Shown here: piece by piece, positions 1 through 15,170 of the stretch | Layout of the letters: each line of letters starts with the position of its first letter | How positions within the stretch are numbered: the stretch's first letter is position 1 | Source of the DNA: Laetmonice hystrix | Lineage: Eukaryota | DNA: 64,000 bases | NCBI GenBank assembly: GCA_965235115.1 | Contig: OZ249436.1 | Location: forward strand, 35,528,001 to 35,592,000 | Direction: 5' to 3' | The notes under the pieces: model-generated | Seen by the model: the letters and a program-made list of their open reading frames with translations, nothing else | Told to the model about the DNA's origin: nothing | Database searches by the model: none | Translations under genes and position numbers: made by a program

Positions 1-755
1 ACGTCCGCCTGTATAGGGGACGGTGTCCGGTCACCGAAACCAAGCAGCCCAGTCGTCTCGATGGCAGCCCCCTGGCGGGCAGACGGAGAGACAAACGTGC
101 AGCCAGGTTCGGGACTGTTGGGCGGTGACGGGGTCGGCGGGGTCGGCGGACGCTCAACTTGGAAGCCGACTGGTTGCGTGATTGGATAAAGAGGATACAT
201 GCCCAGAGACAGCGGGTTCATAGACTTACTGGCCTGTACCCTCGGATATTTAGAGTTCGGTCTCCTACCACGAGGCACCTTGGGCGCCTCTAATAAACTC
301 TCAATGCTGAAAGGACTTTTGAGGGCGGGTTTCGCCTGTTGTTGATTGTCGGGTGACCTTCCGGATTGGCTGTGGCCTGACTGTCCTTCTAGTTGAGTGT
401 CAACCTCACCATTTATTTCCTCACCGACAACGTCGATTTCGTTATCTGTGATGGCGTCCCGACTACAATCCATACCGTCAGCGGTCGAGTCCTCGCCCGA
501 GTCTGTGCCTGACAGTGGACGTGCCTCGCGGCCCGTCATTGACGCTTGACGTTTACGTTCCTCTAAACGACGCAGACGTTCCTCCTGTTTCCGCCGTTTT
601 TTCTCTGACCGATCTGCTTCCCGCCGTTTGAGCTCCTCGGGATCGATGGGGTCGCCCGAGCAGGTCTGAGGGTGCGCGTTGTGAGCCGGCCGACCTGGGC
701 CCTTCTTCGTATTTTCCTTTTTACGCCATTTGGCCCGTCTGTTCTGGAACCATAC
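1..755 (-). CDS. unc-4: unc-4/UNCX homeobox protein, exon 3 (homeodomain helix 3 and C-terminal region; open past the left edge of the window)
   Basis: Manual translation from acceptor ttttctctgttgtag (AG at 757-756): VWFQNRRAKWRKKENTKKGPGRPAHNAHPQTCSGDPIDPEELKRRE...SPFSIESLLEAPKVPRGRRPNSKYPRVQA..., no stop down to base 1. KGPGRPAHNAHP-TCSG is the Unc-4 family signature. Not in the ORF track. Confidence 0.96.
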
Positions 756-3700
756 CTACAACAGAGAAAAATTCAGTCGGTCAAAGTCAGGCCTGGATAG
801 CGGAGAGGAGACACACACCTCAAAATGTTGCTCAAACGACCAGATTTATGTAAATCATCTCTATTTGTCTTATAGATATCAAAGAAACACGATCCATGGA
901 ATAACGATACGGGATACTTGCATATCAATCGTCCCTTTTGGTTGTGTCCCGCATATATTACATAATCTTTTACAACATTTGCAGCAATGAATAACTTAAC
1001 GATCATATAATATTCTAATAGATTCTATAGCGATTTATATTGCCATGTTGGCTGTAAGGCCTAAACTATATAGACCGACAAAGTCACGCCTGAGATTAAA
1101 CAAGTGTCTGTGTAGTCGCTCAATTGTTTCGACATGAAGCACAAGTGCATTTATTATCCTCGCCTAATGTCATTCCGAATATATCACTACGTATACTTAT
1201 ACAACAATCCCCTGTCAATACAATGACCGCTCTAAGGAATGCCTTCTAGGAAATGTGCATGGCTAATCTATGCTCTATAGTGTAGAATGTGGCTTTAATA
1301 AGCAATAATATGCATGAGATGCGGCAAAGTGGGTGTTTGTTCCTATTGTAACTGGTGTTGTAGGCGTCAAACTGCTTGACGGCCCACTTGACGGGACACA
1401 ATTAAATACCACTCCACTCAAAACTATTGTGACAGATCTAAGACTTTGAAAATAGGAAGTGACAAATGTTGTGTATTCAATAACATTATACTTGAATCAA
1501 AGAAACGCAAAAGTACTGCATTAATCTAAAAAAAATCCAAGCGGCAAACATGCAGGCTTCCAAGCGTTTGGCAATTTCGCTCTGGCCAATTGCGATAGAA
1601 TTGTTTTTATCGACTGTGCCCATATCAAATTATATTAGTCAAAGAGAACATATAAATGTGTTAGCAAGATCATGTTATTTTAAGTGTACAGAATGAGAGG
1701 CAGCAGTATGATATTGATGACTTTCTCAGTACCGGTAATACTTTAGTTCTGGAGACAACCAAACTATAGCTTTGAATATCACGAATTTCGTGAAGTCTGC
1801 GTTATAAGAACTCACATTGTCAACGACCCAACTGTCGGGCCTGACAGAAACGGCTAACACAAACAAACTTAATTCGATCCTAGCAGGCATTGTCTCTAAT
1901 GGCAAGGGTAATATAGCCCCGACAAAGTCTACAGTCACCAAAGTCCTTGCCGACAGTCCTCAGGGGCTATATCAGTCGTCGCCTATGGCTAACCGTATAC
2001 CTTTCGTCTACATGCCCGGTGTACGGGGACCGACTGCTGTAGGTAAATTGGCCCTGATGGCACGGTCAATTTATAGCCGCCAATAAAGCCAGTGGAACGG
2101 CCGTGATGAAGCGTATCCCAGCTACTTCAGAGGGAAACGCCATACTTGGTGCGGCTGAGAGTGTTTTCAATGTATATAGCATTCCTTGAAAGGAAATAAT
2201 TGTGTCCGCGAGCGAGGACGAAGCATCTTCTCTTGTTGTCACTAAATGAGGTTAGCCATTGGTAGTCATGCAGTGGACAGCTTAGAGCTAGGCACGATAT
2301 CGTATAGTGACCGCTTCACCCTGCCCCCTTAGATGTGTACAGAAAGGGCAATCAATGAACGTATAACAGCTTGATTGAATAGGGCTGACTCCACGGCCTG
2401 AAGAAAAGGCAGCGGATATCATCGCTTTTGTCCCCTTTCAATATGCCGCGATAGTCGCGCCGTAAATCATTGGGAAATATACAAGTGACAGAGTGGCGCT
2501 CCGACCAGCAGCAGGCTATCGCAGACCTCAGACCTAGATTTGGGTCTCTTTGTTTCGCTGTGAGACTGAAGCCACCGCCCCCCAACCCCCCTCCACCCCC
2601 TCCATCCCACCCTTCCCTGCCCGCTGCCACCTCGCACCCCCCGTCAACACAGATGTGAGCCACCATCGGGACGAGCGCGACGAGACGCCGATCTGAAATC
2701 TCGGCGACATCGCCGCTCCGCTCCACATTCCACCCAAAGGTAACCCTCCACCCCTGTCAATGGTTATTGTGGCCGCACGTAATTACCCCTCTCCATTACC
2801 CTATCCGGGTACTAAATCCTGAAACAATGACCCATTAGATAGGCCTGTCATTGACCCCGACAATTCTCTCAGGAAAAGAGCCAATCTGTTACTGTCCCGC
2901 TGACAACGACAGCGCTCCAATATATCCCCACGTGCGGGATCGACAGCTCCCGGGCCGAGCACGTGACATGACAGAGCGCTCCCAACATCAAATGTTTTGG
3001 TGATTATATTTTTCACAGCAGCTGCACACATCCCATCTGTTGAGGGCGTGTGCGAACAATAGGAATTCAACTTACTGCATAGAACCGCCATACGGTGCCT
3101 GTGGAGAGGGCGGCCGCAGTAGCTACATACTTTAGCATTGCCCTCTCCCTCCCCTGGCACGATTTGCTCAGCTGGAAGAAATCCATTTAGATACCATTCT
3201 ATTATTTTAAGAGCGATGGCTCTGCTCATACGGCACGGAGAATCTTCGAGATCACGAGGGGAGTAGTAAATTCATAAATGAATTCGAGGCTGACATCGGC
3301 ACCTCGATTGATCCCTTCGACACGGCCATTTGTCAGGTCCCATTCTAGACTCTTTTCCCATCAACTTCTGCCGGCCTGGCCGCCCGTTCTACCCGCCCAA
3401 TTCAATAGAGTCTGCTCTCTGAGGAACACCAAATCAATTTCGGCGCGACCAGATAGAAATGTGCATTTCGGCGGGCCGAAATCTTGATCCAAGGAAGACG
3501 CCGATCCATCTTCGGAACGAGAAGGCCGGAGGGTTGGTGTGATAGCGAGGACGGCCCAATCATTGCGTTTGTCGTGGCCGCCCCCGCCTTATTGAAGGCC
3601 GTAACGTCGAAACGCATCAAAGCGGCATGACTGGCCGCTCGGCGGGACCTAAACCCACCGATACACGGCAACTATAAAAGGCCAACTAGAACGGAGGTTA

Positions 3701-6700
3701 ATAAAGGGCTAGTCTCCTCTAAGTCAACCCACCGCTCACTTCAATTAGATAATTTTTAATTACCAACAGTGGCTTTGATTCACAGTAATGTAGCTATAAA
3801 TATTTAGAATAAAATGATGCCTATGACCATAGTCCTAAAGCATACATAATGTATTTCAAGATATAGACCCTCTGCATATTTCATTTACGTTCGCTGATGC
3901 AATCATATGGTTACATCGACGTTACATCAACATAATTTGAAGGCCCAGATTTCGGTAAATAAATGAGCTATCGGAATGTCAATCAGAATTTTACACATGG
4001 GTCCAAGTACAATTAATACTTGTGTTACACGTATAGTGCGGTATGAGACCAATATTATGGCCCATATATACCTATACTTGTTGGGTCATAATGTAACCTG
4101 AATTGAAAGGTTTCATCCCGTGTAGTACAGGCTTCACTGGGGTTCTCTTTTCATATAGACTATACGAGTACATGAGCTATCATTATTGAATGCTACAGTC
4201 CATGCATGTATATGACTGTGTTGAACCCCCCTCCCCTCCGGTATAGCCCGAAAGATGTTAATAGCAATATTAATTTTACATAGAAAAATCATGCGTCAAT
4301 TATTGATTGGAACAAACAGCTCCTTTGTGAACTTCAATCTTAACAAGCGTGCAGGTGTGGCGGCCGGACATACACGGACAGGTCGGACAACGGTTTGGTT
4401 ATGTACATAGTGGGACGGCCATGTTCGGTCAGTGTTTGTTGGCAAATCGACGCTTATCATTGTTTGCCTGAGGCCATAGGCCCACTACTGTCAAGGTAAG
4501 GGACGTCCTGGCCAGACTTATCAACGGTAATAGACTACTACTGTACACTCTCCAATCCATACCTTTTAAAACTCTATGTCAATAATATCAAATTACACTG
4601 CGATGAACAATGTCCAATTGGCAGGTTATATATAGCCATTTCAAAAAGGCTGCCTCTGATGGGGCAGAGACAAGAAGAAATAGATATTGAAAGGCGGCCA
4701 TGTGAATTATCGACATGAATTATTAAGTGCATAATAGGATACCATAACCAACTGTGTGTATAGTGCGTAATTGAAACATGAAATATGCATAATCATGAAA
4801 TTGATTACGATTCACTTGTTTACGGAGTGTAAAAGGCGGTTATGGCACATCGCGTGTCCTGCCTCTAGGGCGCTCGGCGACTGACGAATCAATATTCAGC
4901 GGCTAAGTACTGCCATTGATATCACATCTCGCCATGACAGCCCGTATTATATCCTTTGTCCTTTTTTACATTCAATTATATTCTACAAACACATTATTGT
5001 CGCTAAGAAGGTGAGACGAGGCCCAATTTGCCGCCTGAAATCGATGGCAACGTCTGCAATCTCAAATCCTTCCCAAGAAATTATCAGGCCCGCACGAATA
5101 TGAAATTAATTATAACATTAAGCTTCACACTTTCACTGGCGCGGTTACCTCACTGCAAATAAATCGACTGAATAATTAAATGGCAATATGGAATTTCAAA
5201 ATCTATTGAATAAATACCAACTGACAGCAGAACCTTGTGCTATGGCACGAATCTATTGAATTTTTTATTGTCTTTCCAACTGATAGCTTTCGACGGCAGG
5301 GTGGGTAACTGCGGTTTCAAACATGGCATATTTACCGTCGTGTTTAAAGACTGTGAAGCAAACTATAAATGGCGGCTAGAATCGGAGGAAATATGGCGCA
5401 ATATCAGGATTCCTTGTGTTTAATTAATGGCTCGTCCACGTCCCGCTTGTTTTCGATCAGCTCTATATAAAGAACGCCCTAGACAAACGTTTTTTGTCAC
5501 TCCAAGCTAATTGTGACTGAGACATAATTATGAATTCATATTTATTTAGCTAACTTCTGGAAACGACCTTTTTGTTCTTACAGTTGCACACGAGTATAAA
5601 TTATAGAAATAAAGAAAAACGCATGTAATCATACGATACATAAATATGATGTTATTAGCAACATACGACGTACAGCCTACTATAGTCTTTTTCAACGCAT
5701 TTTACCTTTCTCTTTTCTCTTTAAGTATAAAAGCCGTCCTATACACTGTGATTCTTGACGTGCTATAGTCGAGTGGGATATTTTCACGTTAGTCTTACAA
5801 TCAAATTGAACAGGGCGTGTGTTGTGCCTGAAGTGAACAGCCAGTGGATGCGAGGCCGACCTAAAACTACTTACATCCTGTTCCCGGATGCTATAAACGC
5901 CATCCCGGTGGGTTGAACATTATGTGAGCAAGCAGCACTGCTGACGATGTGCTACACATGTCAGTGGGTCGGTTATTGAAAGCCGGTATTGGCCAATTGG
6001 CGTATTGATTGAAAGAGGCGGGTTATCGGTCTGATCACTCTTCCTGATGAAATTAATTTAAACCTACATCTAAGGAGAGACACAGCCAATTTTCCCGCCG
6101 TCCCGAGTGGTGCTTGCGGTCAGATTAAATGGAACGATGGTCAGATTGATACCTTATATTAATCTATTTCTATCGATGTACCCCGGGCGGTGAGATGGGA
6201 CCGTACTTGCTTTATCGGAACTTTCTTGTCTATATACTGGGATAAAGATTATAATGGATGACAAGGTCAGCTCAAGGTTACACCAGTAACTTTCCCGCGC
6301 GCGGCAGTCTTGACTGAGTTAGATTTTTAAGAGCACGGCGATTACACAGCCTGTCGGTTATACGCTCGATATGAGGCTGAACGAGGTGACTGCTTGGTGA
6401 ACTGTTCTAGGACATTATGTGCACATCAGTTCGAGACTGTAAACATTCAGGTATTAATTTGTCTTTTTTTGTCAAGACCTTTCAAGGCAGGGCGTCTGTT
6501 GTGTGGTTATCATAGAATTGAGTCACGTCGCGAACGGAGGTGTCCAAACACGGTAGCATTAGTAGAGTATAGCGTTACCGGGTACACACGTGGAAGCGTG
6601 GGCGTTTCCTTTTATCAGTAGCCGTGCTGTAAGCACACCATTGTCACCGGTTCATGTATTTGTGCACACATTGTACCCTTTAGCTAAGCCGTTTCACATT

Positions 6701-9700
6701 GTCCCGGCCACACACGAGACAGCAGCGGTGACCAAGTATTAAATGCACGACGCAGGTCTGCCCTGCGCCTCGCCATGTCGCATCGAGAGCCCGTTATTGG
6801 CACCTGTCACCTTTTAGCAACCAGCGCGTTTTGTTGTAACACTTGGCTGAACAACAACTGCTGTATTATATATCGTGACAGATGTTCTGACGTACATTTA
6901 GGTTTAATCTATTTTTTTAAGCCGTCACCTCGATCTTTCAACTTGACACGTTGGACTGAACACTTGACGCTCTTCGCATCATTAGCGATTCCGTTTTCGC
7001 CGAGATGACATCCGAACGAAGCGCCATCTATTTATAAGTCGCGGTATACATGGCGGGCTCATCAGTAGCAAAGGCAATCAGTAGCTCCTTGCACACGAAC
7101 CCCCCTCTTATATATACCCTGGACGCTGGTCTGACCCCCGGTGTGTGACTGACGTCGGTGTCAATGGTGACCGGCCATTGTGGCCGCGCGGTGCCCATTC
7201 CCTCGCCCACCTCACACATCTCATTGTACACATAATTGATAGGTACGCCTACTCTCTCCGGATGCTTCTGGCTCTCTCTTTGCTGCTTTGCAAAGAAGGT
7301 CAAATAATATATCACTCGTCTGCCAACACTGACGTATGATTATACCTTTAAAAATTACCCCATTTGCCCCAGGCTACGGAGGACAAAATACATTTGGCGC
7401 CGCCGTGTAAATAACGGACACATGGGGGGAGGAGGTATAGATGCACTTTTGATGAAATGAGCGAAAATTATAGGATAGCAACTAATTGATAATGGCGCAG
7501 ATAGTAGAGTAGCGACCCACCCGTATTGTGTTGTTGTTGCCACGATTGACAGCGTAGACTGCCTCGTATTTCGTACTCGTTAGTAAAATTGTCGCCTCAA
7601 TTATCAGCGCGTGGTCTACAGGTGGCCGCCCCTATACCAATGGCCTAGTCGGCTGTTTTGACATGTCTATAGGCCTGCCCCTTCAAAACGAACGACGCTC
7701 AGTGACGCCCAGTTCTATTTCCACAGACACACACTTTAAATGGTCTATTTATTATGAACGCCATCTCCTATACTTTATGCACGCGTACATAAAAGTATAT
7801 ACTTACCCTAATTACGTAAATCTATACATCGCGTATACATGATATGCCTTTACAATTAGTTTTCATTTCCGGCTGTCGATTGCTGTTGATTGCAGCCATC
7901 GATTTCTGCGCTCCTTTTTGCTCGCCCGTACACTTAGCATATTGTAATAATTGACATCTGTGTGCTCTCTGTACCTCCGGATATGTATTGGATTCAGTGT
8001 AGCCTGAGGCTAACCGTCTATTCTATGTACTACTTACATACGACTGTGTCTGGCTGCACAGGGAGCGATCTACGAACGGGAACCGACTCTTGAGATTAAG
8101 TCGCTCAGATAGCCAGGTCGGGGCGGGGTGTTCTTTAATGAAACCTCAGCGACACGTTTCTCCATACAAAATAATCATCTTCTTCACGTGCATGTGCATT
8201 GACAGTGATGACGCGCCGCTTTCACAGCAGACGACACTATTTGCCCATCGTGAAAGCCCACGCCATAAAGACGAATCGCGCTGAAATATGGGGGTTGGAG
8301 TTCGGTACACACCAGCGTTGTGGGCACCATGCTACTGTTCCTCGGCCGACAGACAATTGAAATTAACGATCTCATCGCCTGAGTTTCTGATTTACAAAGT
8401 ACACGTCTTGGTGTTTGCTTTGTCTGTGGTTCGCCTGAACCAGCTTGGCCGGCGGCGGGGACTGTAGAAGGAGAGCTCTGCCGTTCTCCGGCGCCTACCG
8501 GGAGGGAGCTTTGTAAGCGGACGGCCTGGCCTCGGTAGACTGTCCGTTCGGCAGAAACCCGACCGTGCGTCACATTAAGCCATACCCGGCCTGTCAAGTG
8601 TGAACGTATTACATTTGGATTTTCCCATCTAAATCTTTAATTTCCCGGAAATAAGAAACCATCAGTGTTTTGTCGTACTGTGATAGTTAACGATTTTGGT
8701 GTGTTTACTTTGTGTTTTCGGTGCATTGGAGTTCTTGTTGTCGGGGCCAGTCGAGGCTGCGGGAAAGTCGACCACACCATCGCCTCTTCATCTTCTCCCA
8801 TACAAGCGCACCCACAATTGCTATTATTTTCTCAGCTTTCAATTTCCATTACCCAACCACAAATTACACAAACCAGTGGTTGAACAATGCGTGCAGCACG
8901 ACGAGACAGAGTTTGTTTGCACGTATTGAGTTAGCAGAAACTCTACACTTGCACAAATCTAAGAGCCCTGACACGAACGTCCACAACCCCCTCATTGGGC
9001 TAGACCTACGTATTATACATGTATACTTATAATTATATTGATGCCAATCAATGATTTGGATGATGATGTTACATGAATATTGTTCGCCGCACAAAAAGGG
9101 CCTATAGCCTTAGGGTAGGATTTCATTTTAAAGTATAGCCCTTTCCAACTTCTTATTTACAAAATTGGCATTTCTGAAGTCTACCTCTACACTTTAAAAT
9201 CTCTGTCTACCGCCAGTAGCCGCGGCTTATCTTCAGCTGGCATTAGCTGGTGATTGTTTGCATCCTGGAAGGGTTCAGCCAGGATATAAATGTGGGCGCC
9301 CCAGCCCACTTAACACTGGGCCGTGGAATCAGTTTAAGAACTGTCCACGCTTAACGTTTTGACGTACGTCATCTGTCGTTTGGCGGGAACACGGCACTGT
9401 ACGGCATGCACGGCACTGTACGTTAGCTCACTTATACTGACCTACGTCTGGCATTGTCAAGCCTGTGTCCTGGGTATACATAATCTATACACCCCCACGA
9501 CGGGCTACAGTTCGTGCTGCTAGCGGCGGTTTAGAATCTGACCCGGGAAAAGTTTACTTCTTCCAGATCAGCCGTGGACAGCCATCCGTAATATGATATA
9601 CACCTCGGCATGACAACTGTCAAAGGGTAAAGAAATTACAGCTTTGCCTTCAACGACCGTCGTCAAGTAAATGGATGTAACAATATTGTCAGATATGTGG

Positions 9701-12700
9701 GGCTTTGTTTCACCAGAAGTAATTTCCGGTCTGCAAATGTTCGTGAGTTTTAAACTAGATGTCCTTCATCAGCGATTGTTCACAGATTTTATATCTAGTA
9801 TCGCTTACATAAAGAAATGAAAGGTTGGAACTGAAATACTGCGCCCCCCCCCCTCTATATAGACGCGATATATTTTGGTGCAAAATACATGGATATTTCG
9901 TCTTACGAGTTTTTGCTAGGGGTAGGTGTCCGCCTGTATACGTAATAAATATACTTAATTTAAATGCCCATATTCATCATCACTATCACTGTCAGCTGCT
10001 TCAAGGGGAGGCTAAGTGCAACTTGAACAATTGAACTTTCAAAAAAAGGAGGAATAATGTATGGGACCTATAGAGGGGTAATCGCCACCACATCTCAGGA
10101 ATGCTTCCTTCAGAAATAGGTGTTTGAAAGGTCAGGTGGATGGTGGCTGCAGACTAACCTTCGCTTCATACAACAGTACATATATCATGAACGTAGAGAG
10201 GGGTGCACGTACAATGGACGGGCCTGGTTATTTCCTTGGCGACCGTTTACGAAGTGTATTGTTGAGCGTGACCCTAGCCACTTCACTTGGATTGTTTACA
10301 GAGTGTTGTCCCTCCAACCATTGGTTGCGGGTTTGCTTTTCTTTCCCTTGGCTGGACTTTCACAGCCTTGGCCACTGGTCTACAAACACATGTTAAGTGG
10401 TTTCAGTGTACCAAATTGCAGGCACCTTGGGAGTATGATGTATGTAGCTCTTCATCAGTATTGTGGCCATCTTTTCAATTACTGCAGTCAGTGTACTTGT
10501 CTATTTGTCTAGCTCGAGAGGCAACATAGTGGTGTCGCCGGTTGGCTGAGAGCTCAACAATAGTTCGTGCTTACCCGGCCCCCTTGCCCTTTGACGGTGT
10601 TGGCGAAAGCTTTGTGTGAAAAGTCCCCTTCCTCTCTCAAGCACGGCCTAAAGACGACTGAACGTGCAGCATCGACATACCGACTCTCGTCTATAATTGA
10701 TTTCCTCTACGTCTTTTCTTTCGGACAATCGTGTTGGTTGCCACTGGGCGATGGTAGAGTTATGACGTCTGTCAGGACGACGAGCGGTGATCCGGCAGAC
10801 CAGCGGTGATCCGGCAGACCAGCTTTGATCCGGCAGACCGCACTGTTTGCGAACAGCTTTTTGTGGTGAGCTCAGTGCGGTGGTCGTTCCCGACCTGCAG
10901 AGACCTGGGACACGTCCTTACGACATTCAGCCGACACAGACGGAGAGAGATCGCTACTGGATCACTTATAGATAGACCTGAGAATGATTTCTCAACACTT
11001 CCCCTGCCAGTGGTTTAACTGAGTGCAGTCTCACAAAGCAGTCCATTTCACAGCGCATTAAATTTTGATGACCAACCACTACCGACTGTTGCTTTTTTTT
11101 TAGGACGGAATCGGCCTAGTTGTCCACTCGTGAATGAAGAGTGTAGAATGGTGTTTGGTCTATACGTTCAACATTGATATACAATGTAGTCTCTTTAGTT
11201 CGGGTAAAGCATAGATCTTGATTAACAAAACAATTCGATGTCGAAGCCAGGGTAAGAATTGGGTTCATGTCGCTGGTAGACCTTCTCAGCGTCTTGTTCC
11301 CGCCCAATCCTAGGTGTTCCTGGCACTCGGCCGGCTGGCGTTGATGACCTGTCCATCATACAAGATGGACCTGTTCGCTAACAGGCACTGTTTGGTCAGC
11401 CCCAATTCACTTAAGAGCCCCCCAATCTCATTAACGCAACATCTTCAGCATCTCGGCCAGCGATCGGAAACAACACGTTCGCAACCGTTAGAGTCGGTGC
11501 ATTATTCACGAGCCAATTGGAGGAGGTCTAATAGCGGTGCGCTGGGTTCTGCAGCACTCGGCCCCAGTCGTCCCCAGAGATCGGCCGGTCGATCCGGAGC
11601 AGGTCGTCTGCGGGGGAGGCGGGGGGCAGGACACGGGCACAAGGTGAGCGGAGGGCGGCAGTGACACGGGCAGGGTGTGGGCAGTGGGAGGCCATAAAGC
11701 GAGCCACAAGCTGTGATTCGGCGTCAGGTGGACATGGCCGAGGTCATGAGGCCCTGGACCCCGGACAGACCATCAGCACGGCCGCCGGGCTGGCCTACTG
11801 ACCGGGACCCGTTCTCAGCTAGTCACTCAGCACACCCTCACACACACTCCACACAACTCTCCCACGTACGCCGCTAAATTGAATCGCCCACCAACTAGAA
11901 GAAACCCTATTAATTTTAATAAATTTGCACTTGGGTGCTAGTAATAAATTCGACAGCAAATCAGCACTGCGGCAGCACTGCACCAGAGGCTCGGTTTTCG
12001 CCAAGGGTTGCTTGGCTCTGGCGTTGTTGATTAACAGATAGGGAACACTTAGCTGGGTTTATTGGCGTTGATATGGCTCTGGAGTATTGTAAACAATATC
12101 TTCATGCAGAATTCAATTTGAATAGCCGTCCATTTTGGCCCGGCTGGGCCACGCTTGCGGCAGGCGCCCTCACATTCGATGGAAAATGATAAAATAATTA
12201 GGGCCATCATACGATTTCTTTCTGTAATTACATGTAGGAAATTGAGAATCAACGCCATAAAATGGTGTAATGATATTATGTGAATGGCCATTTGAATTGC
12301 GGCGCCGAGGTAGCATTAATATCATAATTTGATGATTTTCAATTACTCCGCGGATGGCGCTGTTGTTTGACTGCGGCCTTCTGTGCGCGCAATATTTGCT
12401 CGCTTTAATTGGCGGTAAATTGTGCTAACACTGGTTGAACGTGCCCTCATATCAATATATTGCCATGTCCGGCTACGTCAAAGTGATACTGCTGCCTGAC
12501 CAACTGCTTGTTGTATCGGTATCGATTGCGGTAAAAGCAAACTAGGGGAAATAGCCGTATGATGAATTTGGTGGCCGATACAGGGGGCGATATAAACAGG
12601 ATCGGTGCAGAGCGGAGCCAGTCGGCGCCTGTCCTCGGGTCGACGGACGGCGGCGCCAACCGTCGGCCGCCCCGGCGACCACAGCCACCGGGCGGGTCGC

Positions 12701-14994
12701 AGGGCGGGTTACGGTGTCGTTCTTCTCCATCGCTTTCAGGACTCCTTTCCGGAACAGTCAGACCTTAATGCGGTCTCATTATGGGACCCGCCTCCGGAAC
12801 ATGAGTTCAAATATCGCGGCATGGAACCATAACATTAACAGTCATCCTGTGGTAGTGGATGACACTTCAGAGCTGCGATATATCGAGCTCAATCCCTACA
12901 CTTGTTCTTGGACCATATACCCGCGGATAGAAAGATCAACGATCCCATGACCATCAGGTCGGATTCAAGATCACTAAATGTTCTCCGATCTCATACATCA
13001 AGTGCTGCCCCAGTTATGAATCGTTTAGCCGCAGGTTATACCGAATTCTAGTCGGTAATACATGTATGGGGATAAAAATGTTGAATCGGCTGTAATGTAC
13101 TGACGCCGAATTTCAAGTACTAGTCCATTAATTCAAGGGCCGTGTCAATATAACAAGAACTGACAGCCTCCATACACAGCTTAAAACGGTCGTTATTGTA
13201 GGGTCTCTGTCGTCTCAAACAGCCGCGCATGAATGTAAAAGGTTATATATATACTTTAGTAAATAACGAAACCAATGAAACGTTTGTCAAGGAGTGAGCT
13301 AACGTCTCACAATATAACGATGTTGGCAATGGCAAAATATACAATCCATTCCAAATTCGGAATCGCGTACATTCGAATCAACAAATGAAATATCAACTGA
13401 CATAGGCCTATAATCATATTATACTCCAGTTTTGTTCACTTTTATACAGTCTAAATTACGGTTATACATTTTTCAAGAGGACATGCCTGTATAATGATTA
13501 CCACATTACCAGCGGACTATCGTCTATATTGTTACCACACGAGAGTAACACCTACTTTGAAGACAACCTTATTATAACACATTCTGGTTGACGCAATATT
13601 ATGCCTTGCTGTTCCGACGATAAATGAGTAGAAACCACATGATTTGACCGATACTCTCACGGATTGTTGACATGCTGTTATCGATTGTATTTTGTTAATC
13701 ATCAACCTGTTATTGACAACCCACAGCGGTGTAAAGTGAGTAATTCGCCTGACACATAGTGTGTTTCAAGAGAGTATCAATATCGATACTTAATTGGTTC
13801 AAAGTGTTGATTGGTTATTACAGAAAGCCATGTCCCAATGTTGTTATAACATTATTGTAGTGACCAGGCACCAACAGTTACCATTAAGGACTGGGGCAGC
13901 TAATGAAATCATGCAATTCTGTTTTTATAGCCAGCACGCGCGTGACGCCGTAGCAATCATGGATCACTGAACATAATGCCATGGGTAAATTTGTTACTAA
14001 TAATAATAGCGATAATTGATGGGGGGCATAGGAAATCTCCACAAATCATAGTTCCGTCCCATGGTGGGGATCGTTAGACCTTTAACAATGAGACAGCCTT
14101 AGACGTATGCAATTAATGTATGCATGCAACCCTCTATGTATGTAGATGTGCTTTTTCTGCCTATAGTTATAACATAATACATGGCATAGTATGATGTTTA
14201 GTGCTGTATCTGTGGCTACGCAAAGTAGGTTTCATCAGAACGACATTGGACCTCTCTGTAAACTTATAAACTAACATAATTCTAAAATCTAAAATGCAAA
14301 TCATTTCCTTAAAAATCAAGTCTAGGACTGATGCCAAAGTCATTTCCAGGTGAAAGAATGTTTTGAAATCAATATAGGTGTGTGCATGGCTGTTTGCAAT
14401 CATCGAGAGCTCATCCCTCTTAGATACAGCGTCAGACTGTCTGTGATGTTAGAATACAAATGGGTGGAGCTCATTGGCGTCTATACCAGGTAATCTATCA
14501 AGTCTGGTATAATCACCATCAATCATCATAATCAATAGGCATTGAGCTGCGCTTTGTGTGTCAATATGTATGCCTCTCAGTGGGTGTATGCCATCGCCAC
14601 CCTATATAAGAAGTGAATATGGTACAATGCTCTACTGGACAAAGTGTCATCAAGCAAAATGTAGTTCAAAATCTCCTTCAAGATTTTCTACTTTCTACGG
14701 TTTGGTTCCAGTAGCCTTTACTATAGCTCCTATCTCAGTTGTCCTCAGACCCCCAAATATTTATGATCAGTTAATACTGCGATTGCTGACTATATAGTTT
14801 ATAGCTACTGTATAGTTTCTGTTGTTATCACCCATTTTTTTCGCTTATCAAAATGTTGTCACCAGTTGAAACTTTCACTCCTTTTCTTGATGCCGTCAGC
14901 ATGGCATCTCCGGCAATCCTCACGTGAAGAATACATGCGACAAGTCAACGTAATACGTTGTATAATAATTAATGTAATTTGAAACGTTTCTTAC

Positions 14995-15170
14995 CTGCAC
15001 CCTTGACTCGACCAGGTCCAGTTTGAGAGCGAGCGCTTCCCTCATAAAGACATCCGGGTAGTGCGAGTCTTGAAAGGCTTTCTCCAGTTCCTCCAGCTGC
15101 CAGCCCGTGAAGTTAGTACGCGTACGTCGGCGTTTGGCACTGTTTCCGTCCTTGGAGTCATCTTTGTTAT
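14995..15170 (-). CDS. unc-4: unc-4/UNCX exon 2 (homeodomain helices 1-2 and start of helix 3)
   Basis: [47 protein letters not shown]. Acceptor ...atcag at 15172-15171 (phase 1); donor CAG|gtaag after 14995 (phase 0, the usual paired-class Q|V intron) joins exon 3 in frame. Confidence 0.96.

Noticed and set aside
10140..10840. Possible decayed LINE ORF1 remnant on the minus strand, with a 20-bp x3 repeat at ~10785-10840
   Set aside because: Only scattered knuckle-like fragments in different frames; cannot be supported without a profile search.
773..14900. Many short ORFs in unc-4 intron 2
   Set aside because: No recognisable domains and no consistent splice-phase chain; several begin at non-ATG codons.
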